DNA of 63,136 nt, counting the filler, from Octopus bimaculoides (taxonomy: Eukaryota), in NCBI RefSeq assembly GCF_001194135.2. It is 8 parts of 7 records of this genome, joined end to end, with 100 filler letters (N's around TTAATTAATTAA, not from the genome) between each part and the next. Parts side by side here need not be neighbours in the genome. Positions count along the whole stretch, not along the records: positions 32,058 to 37,051 come from NC_069004.1; positions 37,152 to 56,067 come from NC_068984.1; 6 more parts are not named here. One strand, given 5' to 3'. The notes under the pieces were generated by a model. It did no database searches. It was given only the letters and a program-made list of their open reading frames with translations, and was not told the origin of the DNA. This document shows positions 36,075-48,901 of this stretch, piece after piece (within the stretch, counting starts at the first letter, position 1; the number at the start of each line of letters is the position of its first letter). The position numbers and the translations under genes are program-made.

Positions 36075-38932
36075 TTATTTATTTACAAGGAATAGTTGTG
36101 GCTCTGTGGTGAGAAGTTTGCTTCCCTGCCACGTAGTTCCAAGTTCAGTCCCATTGCTTGGCACCTTGGGCAAGTGTCTTCTACTATAGCCTTGGGTGAC
36201 CAAAGCCCTGTGAGTGGATTTGGTAGACAGAAATAGAAATATGCTTTTTGTATATGTACACAGACACGAAAGAAGTAAATAGACACCCTAATAATCATTA
36301 AAATTTATTTAAATCTGAAACTATACATTCAAATTATTTGTTAGTTGTAATAATGTGAACATTTAATATTTAGTAGACATGCTCTTTGTATTGTTCAATG
36401 CAAGGACCCTAATAATAATAATAATAATCAGAATTTCATATCTTGGCACTAGGCTACCAATTCTGATGGAAGGGTAAGTTGATTACATTGACCCCAACAG
36501 TCAACTGGTACTTATTTTATTGACTCCAAAAGGATGAAAGGCAAAGTTGACCTTAGCAGAATCTGAACTCAGAACATCATGATGGGCAAAATGCCACTGG
36601 TGTGCTATTTATTCTACTAGGCATGGCTGTGTGATAAGAAGCTTGCTTCTCAACTACATGATTCCAGGTTCAGTCCCACTTCAAAGTCTTGTGAGTGGAT
36701 TTAGTAGTCAGAAACTGAAAAAAGCCCGTCGTGTATATATATCATCATCATCATCATCGTTTAACGTCCGCTTTCCATGCTAGCATGGGTTGGACGATTT
36801 GACTGAGGACTGGTGAAACCGGATGGCAACACCAGGCTCCAGTCTGATTTGGCAGAGTTTCTACAGCTGGATGCCCTTCCTAACGCCAACCACCCAGAGA
36901 GTGTAGTGGGTGCTTTTACGTGTCACCCGCACGAAAACGGCCACGCTCGAAATGGTGTCTTTTATGTGCCACCCGCACAAGCCAGTCCAGGGGCACTGGC
37001 AACGATCTCGCTCGAAAATCCTACAGGAGCCAGTCAGGCGGTACTGGCAACNNNNNNNNNNNNNNNNNNNNNNNNNNNNNNNNNNNNNNNNNNNNTTAAT
37101 TAATTAANNNNNNNNNNNNNNNNNNNNNNNNNNNNNNNNNNNNNNNNNNNNAGTACTAGGCTTACAAAGAATAAGTCCTGGGGTCGATATTCTCGACTAA
37201 AGGCGGTGCTCCAGCATGGCCACAGTCAAATAACTGAAACAGGTAAAAGAGTAAAAGAATATAATAAAGCAATGGCTTGTTCTATTGTGGTTTTGTTAAG
37301 ATGACTTCTTCCCACTTCTTTTGTTCGCCGGTTGCAAACTGGCGATCGAGAGGTGAAGGACCGTTTGTATGTTACTCTAGTTAATTCTTTAGGCAGAGCT
37401 GCTAGCTTTCTCACATTCATTACTTCGATTACAACTGTAATTTAGATCTTACTGTAACTCCTGCTGCGTTGTCATCAAATATCCCCAGAAGATTGAAGAG
37501 TTATCTACGCAACCCTATGGAACAAGATCAGTTGAATCATTTCGCTCCGTTTTTTATTTAAGAGACGCATGCAAAAGCAATTCTGTATGAAGATGTTATC
37601 AATATCAAAGATGTAAAAAAGACGGCGAGCTGGCAAAATCGTTAGCACGCCGAGCGTCTTCATGTTTTGAGTTCAAATCCCGTAGAGGTCGATTTCGCTT
37701 TTTATCCTTTCGGAGTCGATAAAATAAGTACCAGTTAAGCATTGCGGTCAATGTAATTGACTTGCCCCATCCCCCAAAAACTGCTGGTCTTGTGCCAAAA
37801 TTTGAAATCAATATTAAGGATGCATAAGTTAGCAAATTGGCAGTGGTCTGAGTTCAAATTTCGCCGAGGTCGACTTTGCCTTTCATCTTTTTGTGATCGA
37901 TAAAATTAGTAACAGTTGAGCACTGAGATCAATGCAATCGACTTAGCCCCACCCTCAAAATCGCTGGCCTTGTGCCAGAATTTGTAACAAATATGAACGA
38001 TATATTCGGCTTTAAAAAGCATAGGAGGTCTCTTCTGTTCTCAGGTGTTGCTTTAATTTCATTCTTGATGTGACAATGAAATATAAAAAGCGATGTCAAA
38101 AATTATTATTTCACAACTCAATTTGGCAATTTTTTTTTTTTTTTTTGCACTAGTATTACAGTTTTTATCTTGAATACAATATTCTTTTCTACACTAGGCA
38201 CAAGGCACGAAATTTGGGAGGAAGGGGCCAGTAGATTAGATCGACCTCAGTACACAACTGGTACTTAATTTATCGACCTCGAAGGGATGAAAGGCAAAGT
38301 CGACCTCGGCAGAAATTTCACGAGCAAGCTGTTCCATTGATCGTATCAGCTGGGACCCTTGTCGTCGTAACCGACGGAGAGCTCCTTAAATGTTAGCGTA
38401 TCCATATTTGTCCCCACCAACCTCCTAGGTGAGCTAATAGACTAGTACATTTCTAGCACTTATTTTGTAGATCCAGGGATGAAGATATAGACAAAGCTAT
38501 CTCAGCAAAGTTCGAGAACTTTTGAGATATTTAACACTACGGCTTTTAGTCCAGTATCGCTTCAAATCTCATGTATCAAATTATCAAGATACAATAGAAA
38601 TATTAGCAAGATTACACTTTAGTCGAGATCATCGATATTAGAATATTGCGAGAACAAATTCAACTATTCTGAGAGGATACAATGTGAAACTAACTTTATG
38701 ATTAAGTGTGAAGAAACTGAAAAAAAACAAAAAATGGAGTTGATAGACTCGACACTTTGTCCCATTTCGAGAAATTGATGCCTAGAGTATATCCACCATC
38801 ATCATCGTTTCCAAGTAATTTAATATTTCCCCATGATATGACATCTCTCGTAATATTGGACACGAAGGACACTGCTTGCATGGTGGTGACACTTGCTTAC
38901 AACGATCACACAAAACCAAGGCAAGAAGACAT

Positions 38933-38974
<42 letters not shown>

Positions 38975-39223
38975 ACACGAACTTCTTTCAGTTTCCGTCT
39001 ACCAAATCCGTTCACGAGGCTTTGGTCTACCCGGTGCTATAATAAAAGACACCTGCCCAAGATGTCACACAGTGGGATTGAACTCGAAATCATGTAGTTT
39101 TATAAGAAAACTTATTACCACACAGTCACACCTGCACCTATTGCCACACCTAAGTTCAATAAAGAAAGAAAATTTCCAAGCAAAAACAATTCCTATAAAT
39201 AGTGAATATTAGCAAATTTAAAG

Positions 39224-39229
39224 TTTATT
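39224..39229 (-). promoter_or_regulatory. candidate polyadenylation signal (AATAAA) of the SLCO gene
   Basis: tttatt on the plus strand about 130 nt downstream of the stop codon; position only. Confidence 0.45.
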
Positions 39230-39357
39230 ATTTTCAATGAATAGGAATATATTACAGAACAGTACAAGGCACAAAATTACATATCTGTCTCGTGTGGCGC
39301 TTCTGAATGGCCGTTTTAGTTTTAGTTAACTCAGTTTTCGAAAGTTTGATCAAATAC

Positions 39358-39641
39358 TCAAAGAGTTGTGAAGTTTTCGCTAACGTAGTTGTCATTCAAC
39401 GGATATTCTTGGCTGGCGTTTGATCTAGTTGTTGATGGAGGTGGTTTATAAAGCCATTTGGCAATTACAAGAAACAGAATGGATAATGCACGTACAAAGA
39501 TTGTTAATAAAAAGAAATTGCGAGATAATAATTCTTTTTGGTAAATCCAACAAGAAGATCCATTCTTGGAACAGGATCTTTTCCACACTCTACAAGCTTT
39601 GTCAATGGCGAATCCAAACAGTAGTGGACCTTGGAATGTAC
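39358..39641 (-). CDS. SLCO: OATP/SLCO terminal coding exon
   Basis: Acceptor tcatttcag|GT, phase 1. GTFQGPLLFGFAIDKACRVWKRSCSKNGSCWIYQKELLSRNFFLLTIFVRALSILFLVIAKWLYKPPP...ENFTTL*, with the conserved GPxxFGxxIDxxCxxW...CGxxGSCWxY signature. Confidence 0.95.
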
Positions 39642-41154
39642 CTGAAATGAATAATTCTATATACTGAAACAACAATGTACCCTTCAAAATAATTTAAGAA
39701 AATTGTGCATCGAAAGTTACTCGTTTGAATGATGCATTAACAAAAAAGAAACAAAGAAAAGCGATTTTAACTTGAAGCTGCTGCCTTTTATTCTTTTCTA
39801 CTCTAGGAACAAGGCCCGAAATTTTGGGGGAAGGGTCCAGTCAATTAGATCGACCCAATACGCAACTGGTACTTAATTTATCGACCCCGAAAGGTAAAGC
39901 CGACTTCGGCGGAATTTGAATTCAGAACGTAAAGACAGACGAAATACCGCTAAGCATTTCGTCCGACGTGCTAACGTTTCTTATTTTTTAATTACCCACA
40001 AGGGGCTAAACAAGGACAGACAAAGGGATTAAGTCGATTACATCGACCTCAGTGCACAACTGTTACTTAATTTATCGACCCCAAAAGGGCAAAAGGCAAA
40101 TTCGACCTCGGCGGAATTTGAACTCAGAACGTAATGGCAGACGAAATACCTTGAAGAATTTCGCCCGGTGCGCTAACGATTCTGCCAGCTCGCCGCCCAT
40201 TTAGGTTTGGCTATGTGTTTAAGANNNNNNNNNNNNNNNNNNNNNNNNNNNNNNNNNNNNNNNNNNNNNNNNNNNNNNNNNNNNNNNNNNNNNNNNNNNN
40301 NNNNNNNNNNNNNNNNNNNNNNNNNNNNNNNNNNNNNNNNNNNNNNNNNNNNNNNNNNNNNNNNNNNNNNNNNNNNNNNNNNNNNNNNNNNNNNNNNNNN
40401 NNNNNNNNNNNNNNNNNNNNNNNNNNNNNNNNNNNNNNNNNNNNNNNNNNNNNNNNNNNNNNNNNNNNNNNNNNNNNNNNNNNNNNNNNNNNNNNNNNNN
40501 NNNNNNNNNNNNNNNNNNNNNNNNNNNNNNNNNNNNNNNNNNNNNNNNNNNNNNNNNNNNNNNNNNNNNNNNNNNNNNNNNNNNNNNNNNNNNNNNNNNN
40601 NNNNNNNNNNNNNNNNNNNNNNNNNNNNNNNNNNNNNNNNNNNNNNNNNNNNNNNNNNNNNNNNNNNNNNNNNNNNNNNNNNNNNNNNNNNNNNNNNNNN
40701 NNNNNNNNNNNNNNNNNNNNNNNNNNNNNNNNNNNNNNNNNNNNNNNNNNNNNNNNNNNNNNNNNNNNNNNNNNNNNNNNNNNNNNNNNNNNNNNNNNNN
40801 NNNNNNNNNNNNNNNNNNNNNNNNNNNNNNNNNNNNNNNNNNNNNNNNNNNNNNNNNNNNNNNNNNNNNNNNNNNNNNNNNNNNTATATATATATATATG
40901 TATGTATGTATTTGTGTACCTGTATTTGTCTCCCCTACCATCACTTGACAACCAGTGTTGGAGTATTTATGCCCCCGTAACTTAGCGGTTCGATAAAAGT
41001 GACCGATAGAATCAGTACTAGGCATACAAAGAATAAGTCCTGGGGCTGATTTGTTCGACTAAAGGCGGTGCTCCAGCATGGCCGCAGTCAAATGACTGAA
41101 ACAAGTAAAAGAATAAAGAATACACCGTATACTGGGACAACGGCTGTTTATGAC

Positions 41155-41395
41155 TCGTAGCACTCCGTCGGTTGCGACGAGGAGCGTTCCAGTTGATCTG
41201 ATCAACGGAACAGCCTGCTCATGAAATTAACGTGCAAGTGGCTGAGCACTCCACATTCACGTGTACCCTTAACGTAGTTCTTGGGGGAGATGCAGCGTAA
41301 CACAGAGTATAACGAGGCTGGCCCTTTGAAACGCACAGGTACAACAGAAACAGGAAGGAAGAGTGCGAGAAAGTTATGGTGAAAGAGAAAACCGC
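41155..41395 (-). mobile_element. SINE-like repeat family E
   Basis: gcacgttaatttcatgagcaggctgttccgttgatc core on the minus strand; partial copy at 38313-38380(+) and a degenerate copy near 17930-18020. Confidence 0.6.
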
Positions 41396-41585
41396 TAAGT
41401 ATTTTATCCGGTATCCCGAGGATTCTGCCCGCTCCCCGCCTTTTCCCGGCTTTTTAACTAACCTATTCATTTGGGTTTACAATAACTCAAGATTTTGATA
41501 AAGTTGGGAAGGAGATGGGAAAATAATGATTTAAATTTTTATTATTAAATAATGCAAAATGATGGATAAAAAAGATTTTTTTTAC

Positions 41586-41650
41586 CTAGTAAACGTGCAA
41601 TGAAAGCAGATATTCCAATGGCATGGGACCGATGACTGTCTGGAGTGCAT
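41586..41650 (-). CDS. SLCO: OATP/SLCO 65-nt exon (TM11 start)
   Basis: Acceptor ctattcctag|A and donor CTAG|gtaaaa; phase 2 to phase 1, joining both neighbours in frame. (R)CTPDSHRSHAIGISAFIARLL(G) corresponds to the OATP RCVPxxxRSxAxGxxxxxxRLLG segment. Confidence 0.92.
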
Positions 41651-42440
41651 CTAGGAATAGAATTGAAAATATTTGTTGCATACGTATTAATTAGTAAAAA
41701 CGTTATTTGATTGCTACAATGTGTAGCAAGTCGGTGGGCATTTATTTTCTTGCTATTGAAAGATATATTGGAATATCTCGCACGTGAGGATGCTTTCAAG
41801 GTCTTTGTTCATGGAACCAGTGTATGTTTATTCTGTAATGTCAAGTTTACGAGTGGATATGCATGGCTGGAGAATGACAGGGAAGAACGGGGATTAAAAT
41901 TAGCTACGTATGAGTGGGTGCTGTTGGATATGTTGGAAAGTATGTCACTGATGAAAACGGTTAGTTGTTGTTGTTGTTGGTGGTGGTGGTGTTACAGACT
42001 GAACCCTAGGTCACGATGGAGTTGATAGAGAGAAAGAAATAGCGGCATCAACATAAGCTACGAAGCACCGACTGAATATCTCTGCAGTTGATAGATTTAT
42101 ACATCAAGATTCAGTGAAATTTTTTATCCTGTGGAAGTTTAGCAGGTTTCAGAATTTGCATTTGATAAATATTCCATTTCAAAGCATAATTTTTATAAAG
42201 ATCAACGAGTTCAGATAACAGGAATAGATTGAAGGGACTTGGAGTATTCGCATGACTGTGTGATCTTGAGCAGAAGCATTAGATTCAATAAGTTCCCCAC
42301 TCGTGGGCTAAAAAAATAACGAAAAGGCATTCCGCAACATCCCTCTTATTTTCCAACACCGTTTTTTCGATTATGTTCAGTTATAAATTACATTTTTTTC
42401 CCATTATATTCATTTATAAGCTACACTATAATAATTTTTA

Positions 42441-42492
<52 letters not shown>

Positions 42493-42501
42493 GTTATATA
42501 T

Positions 42502-42875
42502 ATGGCCGTGTGGCAAGAGCTTGGCTTCCCAACCACATGATTGTGGGTTCAGTCCCACTGCGTTACACCTTGGGAAAGTGTCTTCTACTACAGCTTCGGG
42601 CCGACCAAAGCCTTGAGATTGGATTTGGTAGAGAGAAACTGAAAGAAGCCCGTCAAAGATCAACGTGTGTGTTTTAGTGTCTGTGTTTGTACCCCACCAC
42701 CACTTGACAACTGGTGTTGGTGTGTTTACGTCCCCTTAGCTTCAGTGGTTCGGTAAAAGAAACTGATAGAATAAGTACTACGCTTTAAAAAAGTCCTGGG
42801 GTCGGTTTGTTCGACTAAAATCTTCAAGGTGGTGCCCCAACATGGTCGCAATCAAATGACCGAAACACATAGAAG
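42502..42875 (+). mobile_element. SINE family A, near full-length copy
   Basis: Head tggccgtgtggcaagagcttggcttcccaacc through tail caaatgaccgaaac. Confidence 0.85.
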
Positions 42876-42884
42876 ATATGTATG

Positions 42885-42922
<38 letters not shown>

Positions 42923-43817
42923 ATATATATGTGTATATATATATATANNNNNNNNNNNNNNNNNNNNNNNNNNNNNNNNNNNNNNNNNNNNNNNNNNNNN
43001 NNNNNNNNNNNNNNNNNNNNNNNNNNNNNNNNNNNNNNNNNNNNNNNNNNNNNNNNNNNNNNNNNNNNNNNNNNNNNNNNNNNNNNNNNNNNNNNNNNNN
43101 NNNNNNNNNNNNNNNNNNNNNNNNNNNNNNNNNNNNNNNNNNNNNNNNNNNNNNNNNNNNNNNNNNNNNNNNNNNNNNNNNNNNNNNNNNNNNNNNNNNN
43201 NNNNNNNNNNNNNNNNNNNNNNNNNNNNNNNNNNNNNNNNNNNNNNNNNNNNNNNNNNNNNNNNNNNNNNNNNNNNNNNNNNNNNNNNNNNNNNNNNNNN
43301 NNNNNNNNNNNNNNNNNNNNNNNNNNNNNNNNNNNNNNNNNNNNNNNNNNNNNNNNNNNNNNNNNNNNNNNNNNNNNNNNNNNNNNNNNNNNNNNNNNNN
43401 NNNNNNNNNNNNNNNNNNNNNNNNNNNNNNNNNNNNNNNNNNNNNNNNNNNNNNNNNNNNNNNNNNNNNNNNNNNNNNNNNNNNNNNNNNNNNNNNNNNN
43501 NNNNNNNNNNNNNNNNNNNNNNNNNNNNNNNNNNNNNNNNNNNNNNNNNNNNNNNNNNNNNNNNNNNNNNNNNNNNNNNNNNNNNNNNNNNNNNNNNNNN
43601 NGCTTTTATTTTTAAGTGATAGACCTATCACTCCTGACCCTTACATTGATTTATTGTAGATTGTTAAGTAGCCAATACAATTGTAAATAAACTCTTTATG
43701 CATTTTTTTTTTTCTTAATTTTTATAGTCTGACTGGTTTGAAACAAGCACATTTTCCCACGGACCAGGGATATCACGTGCATAACAAAACACAAAGTGTA
43801 TAATATAGAATTGAATT

Positions 43818-44225
43818 ACTTTTACTTGTTTCAGTCATTTCACTGTGGCCATGCTGGAGCACTGCCTTTAGTCGAATAAATCGACCCCAAAACTTGTTTT
43901 TTTTGTATAAGCCTAGTACTTATTCTATCGGTCTCTTTTTGCCGAACCGCTAATTGACGGGGACGTAAACAAACCAACATCAGTTGTCAAAGCGATGGCG
44001 GGGAGGGGGGCAAACACAGACACAAACAACAAACACATATATATTTCTACTTATATATTTACGACAGGCTTCTTTCAGTTTCCGTCTACCAAATCCACTC
44101 ACAAGGCTTTGGTCGGCCCGAGGCTATAGTAGAAGACACTTGCCCAAGGTGTCACACGGTGTGACTGAACCCGGAACCATGTGGTTGGGAAGCAAGCCTC
44201 TTACCACACAGCCACTCCTGCGCCT
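43818..44225 (-). mobile_element. SINE family A, full-length copy
   Basis: Reverse complement of the 27086-27497 element. Confidence 0.9.
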
Positions 44226-44255
44226 ATTACACATATAATACGTATATACTGCATG

Positions 44256-44299
44256 CATAATCCATACATAATCCATACATAATCCATACATAATCCATA
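44256..44299 (+). repeat. (CATAATCCATA)4 minisatellite
   Basis: Directly visible 11-bp tandem repeat between two SINEs. Confidence 0.85.
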
Positions 44300-44779
44300 T
44301 ATTCCTTTCTACTCTAGGCACAAGGCCCGAAATTTTTGGGGGAGGGGGCCATTCGATTAGATCGACTCCAGTACGCAACTGGTACTTATTTTAACGACCC
44401 CCGAAAGTATGAACGGCAAAGTCGACCTTGGCGGAATTTGAACTCAAAACGTAAAGACAGACGAAATACTGCTAAGCATTTCGCCCGGCGTGCTAACGTT
44501 TCCGCCAAATCGCCACCTTATACCATTATCATTATTATAACTGAAAACTATACCAGTGACTCAATTACTGAGCTTTTCGTGTATGTATATTTAACAAATT
44601 GCAGATTAAGGATCGTATTGGAGACGGTGGTGTTGTGTGAGGTTATGGGAAGGTAAAATTTAATAGAAAAGGGGCCAAGTGAAAACGAGAAATTAGTTTT
44701 TCTTCAGACAGCATTGCTCTGTGTACATTACATATCATATTTATATAATTTATGAAAATATCACTATTAGCTTGCTTAC

Positions 44780-44946
44780 CTGAGAATTACAGAAACCATT
44801 GGCGTTTGTGCTGCAAACGTGAAGAATGTTGCCACAAATAATATTGCTATGACCATATAATAAAAATTGCATTTCTCTGTGGGACACTTTCCATCGGAAG
44901 CTGTATGAGTCGTTGAGTTCGCAACGCATGAACAATTGAAATGTGT
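44780..44946 (-). CDS. SLCO: OATP/SLCO exon (end of extracellular loop 5 and TM10)
   Basis: Acceptor ttcttttccag|ACA and donor CTCAG|gtaagc; 167 nt, phase 0 to phase 2. THFNCSCVANSTTHTASDGKCPTEKCNFYYMVIAILFVATFFTFAAQTPMVSVIL carries the NCSC...G.C...C pattern typical of OATPs. Confidence 0.92.
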
Positions 44947-44999
44947 CTGGAAAAGAATTAAATAATTTAAACATACATTAATACATACATACACACATA

Positions 45000-45013
45000 C
45001 GTATGTATGTATG

Positions 45014-45050
<37 letters not shown>

Positions 45051-45072
45051 GTCTGTCTATCTATCTATCTTA

Positions 45073-45111
<39 letters not shown>

Positions 45112-45246
45112 ACTCTATTTATATATATATATATATTTATATATACATACATACATACATATACATGCATATACATAGCTATATGTATACAGGCATATAC
45201 ATAAGTATATATATATATTCATACATTCATACTTAAACATATATAC

Positions 45247-45332
<86 letters not shown>

Positions 45333-45465
45333 TTATGCGTATTTATATATATACATTATACATACATACATACATATATATATACGCACACAGACACACA
45401 TAAACATACATACGTACATTCATACATACATACATACATACATACATACATACATACACATACAT
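45000..45465. repeat. long compound microsatellite (ATGT/ATCT/GTCT/AT/ATAC)
   Basis: Direct inspection; starts about 55 nt upstream of an SLCO acceptor. Similar tracts at 6090-6280, 7800-7980, 10290-10615, 14215-14575 and 61850-61950. Confidence 0.95.
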
Positions 45466-46103
45466 CAGTGGCTAAGGGTGACTAGGAAACTAGGGCATGT
45501 AGTCCACCCCACCCCACTAAGGTTGGTGGTGGTGGGGTTCCGAATATTCCACTCTCTCCCGTGTTTTGAGATATGGGGAGGGATCTCTTCAGTTTGGCTC
45601 ACAAATTTTTTAATTATTATTTTTTTAGCTAAACAGTTTGAAACTTCGTTTACTGGTGCAATTTCTCACGCTGAACACGGTTTACTTTCAACACGTTTGT
45701 CAAAATTTCGTATTTTAGCAGTTATTTCGTGTTAAAGTTATTGCATTTAAGTAATCTTAACCAATCAACGACGTGTATTCAGTTGAAAGCTACTGTTGTT
45801 TGCGATAGTAATCGAGGATCAACAACCTCCGGGTCATCTCTACTAAATGTATTTTTCAACCACGTGTGGATTATTCGGTGTGTTCTTTGACCTGGAAGCT
45901 GTTGCTTTGGACACACACACATAACTATATGGGCCTCATACTTAAACACATCAAGGAAAGCCAATGTAATAACTGCAGTATTAGCACGAAGATAATATCT
46001 CTTATGGACATACTGTGTTAAATAAACCTGTCGTTGCTTTCTGCCAAACCACTAGGTTACTGAGACATAAGCGATCCAGCACTTGCTGAAGCGGTTGTGG
46101 GGA

Positions 46104-46155
<52 letters not shown>

Positions 46156-47435
46156 GCATAAATATATGTCGCACTTCAGCATAGTTTCCCCTCTCTCAAA
46201 TTCACTCACAAATCAAGGATTGGTTCGGGGCTATAGTAGAACGCATTTGCCCCGGTGCAGCACACTAAGAAACTACGTGTTGACAACACGAATATCTTCA
46301 ATCTGGCGAGATTGGAGCCCACAATTACACTGGGGAATAACTATGAACATGATTTCCATTGAGTTCAATGCTTCACTTGCCTTACACTGAAATTGTCATG
46401 CTGATTTTAAAACTACAATCACATTTCTTCTATCACATCGTGTATGCTTTTTTTTTTCTACAGCTTACTCACTGAACAAGCACAAGTGTATTGTTTGTTT
46501 GTAAGTAAAAAGACGGTCAACTGAGTGCATTTATTATTTTACTGATAAAGAGAAAAAATTTTTCAGATCTGGTAATTTAGGTTGACTTTTGAAAAGCATG
46601 GTAGCATGTTGTTATTTTTGTGAGGGAAATTTGAAACTAAGTCACGATTATTGGCCAATCAGATGCCTCAGCTGGTCTTCAGTCCTTAAAAGTCAAGTTT
46701 CTGGTTGAAGGTGGAAGGGGGGAAAAAACTGTATTGGTGCATGAAATTACATGAATGTGGCCAAAATATGGGAGTGACAAGAACTGTGAGGAAGAAAATT
46801 CGGAGTCCGGAGGCCAGAAAACAGATTTATGCAGTGGAAGAAAGATGACAAGGCTATGAAGTGAGTGACTTGTTGGTTTCAAGTGTGGAGGCAATCTGTC
46901 CTGAGTTCTGAAGCCTCGGGTGTAAATATGATGGCTGAAAGGCGGAAAGCTGGCAGAGTGGTTAGCACGTCGGGCAAAATGCTTAGCGGTATTTCGTCTG
47001 TCTTTACGTTCTGAGTTCAAATTCCGCCGAGGTCGACCTTGCCGTTCAGCCATTAGGAGTCGATAAATTAAGTACCAGTTGCGTACTGGGGTCGATCTAA
47101 TAGACTGTNNNNNNNNNNNNNNNNNNNNNNNNNNNNNNNNNNNNNNNNNNNNNNNNNNNNNNNNNNNNNNNNNNNNNNNNNNNNNNNNNNNNNNNNNNNN
47201 NNNNNNNNNNNNNNNNNNNNNNNNNNNNNNNNNNNNNNNNNNNNNNNNNNNNNNNNNNNNNNNNNNNNNNNNNNNNNNNNNNNNNNNNNNNNNNNNNNNN
47301 NNNNNNNNNNNNNNNNNNNNNNNNNNNNNNNNNNNNNNNNNNNNNNNNNNNNNNNNNNNNNNNNNNNNNNNNNNNNNNNNNNNNNNNNNNNNNNNNNNNN
47401 NNNNNNNNNNNNNNNNNNNNNNNNNNNNNNNNNNN

Positions 47436-47468
<33 letters not shown>

Positions 47469-47859
47469 GTGTGAATAAATGAACGAGACCACTACATTGT
47501 AACTAAATTTTTTGAAAAAGCAACAAATTTTCTCTCAGACCACACCTTTCTGTCATATAATACTCCTCATTCACCATATGCCTGTATGTCTTTCCATGTT
47601 TGTGTGTGTGTGTATGCATTTCTGTGAGTCAGTGTATACGAACTAGCAATTGTTCATCAGTTTTTCGGCAACGGTCGTCTAAGATCAGTTCGTGAATTTT
47701 CCTGATGTTTTCATACGTTCGGGAAGATGATTCTGCTGCCCTAACCACTGGGCCATTGTGCCTCCACTCTGACATTTTGCATAGAGTTCAACCTACACAA
47801 GTTAACGTGTGAAAACTTTAATAAATAACATTCTATGAAACTAGTTTTTAAACATCGAA

Positions 47860-48901
47860 TGGTGATGGGGTCCACCAGAATAAAAGAGCAATCAAAGAGT
47901 TCCGTCGATAAAAAAAGTCATTTCATCGAGTGAATAGGGAGGGTGGATAAACGGGGTCATGCCATTTTTTTTTTTTATCAAAAACTGTCTCACATTCAAA
48001 GTGTGCGAAGGTGCATTGTCTTGATGAAACCACCACTCCCCACTTTGCCACTGGTCGGGGCGTTTTCTCTCGCTGTGTCTCGCAAACACTTCAGAACTGC
48101 CAGTAAAATGTCATCGTATTGACACTAGATTTCACTTGACGTACTTTTGTGGGGGCGTGGCGACATTGAATGCTTCCATTGACTTAATTGCTGTTTCGTT
48201 TCCGGGTTGTAGCCGTAACATCCGCTGTCGTCACAGGTGATGACCTTCGAAAAAAGGTCCGGATCAACTTCCTACTGTTCTTTCAGTTCACAGTAACCAT
48301 TCAGTCGTGACTGCTTTTGGTCTTCCCTGAGCAAGTGATGCATAAATTTCGCTGCAACTCTCTTCATTCGCAATTCCTCGCTCAAAATTCGTTGGCAGTA
48401 ACTTTAGGACATACCAGTCATATCAGCAAGTTTGTCAATTGCTCGGTGACAGTCCTCCAAGACCAATTCATGAATTTTTGTGATGTTTTCATTCGTTCGG
48501 GTGGTCGACTGTCGCCCTGAACGAGATTCGTCTTCAAGCGATAAGTGACACTTCCTAAAGTGTGAAAACCACTCGTAAACTTGTGCTTTGTTTATGGCAG
48601 CCTCCTTGTAAGCTGCTTGAAGCGTGACAACTGTTTCGGCTGCCGTTTTCCCCAGCAGAAAACGTAATTTCACAGAAGCATGCTATCCCTTCGATTCAGC
48701 CATCGCAAAAAAATCAACAAAGAAGAGAGAAGCACTGCAAAACAAAGACGCACTACGTGGCAGTACGACATCTGCAGACGCCGCCGGTCGGCAGACTGAT
48801 GCCTGAGGGTCGCATCAAGTGGCTTTTAGCGGTGGGAGCCTGAACTACTACGAGCTTGTCCCACGGAGAACGTTTCCGAGTTACTTTTGGGCACCCCGTC
48901 G
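47860..48901 (-). mobile_element. degenerate mariner element, 3'-truncated or deleted
   Basis: 5' end TA-CGACGGGGTGCCCAAAAG; LGKTAAETVVTLQAAYKEAAINKAQVYEWFSHF...EDESRSGRQST and WWFHQDNAPSHT...HPPYS motifs. A small duplicate fragment lies at about 47660-47725. Confidence 0.9.

Noticed and set aside
37226-37420. 64-aa minus-strand ORF (MNVRKLAALPKELTRV...) as a possible first Myb/SANT exon
   Set aside because: No Trp-containing Myb helices, no phase-2 donor, and it runs into a SINE tail.
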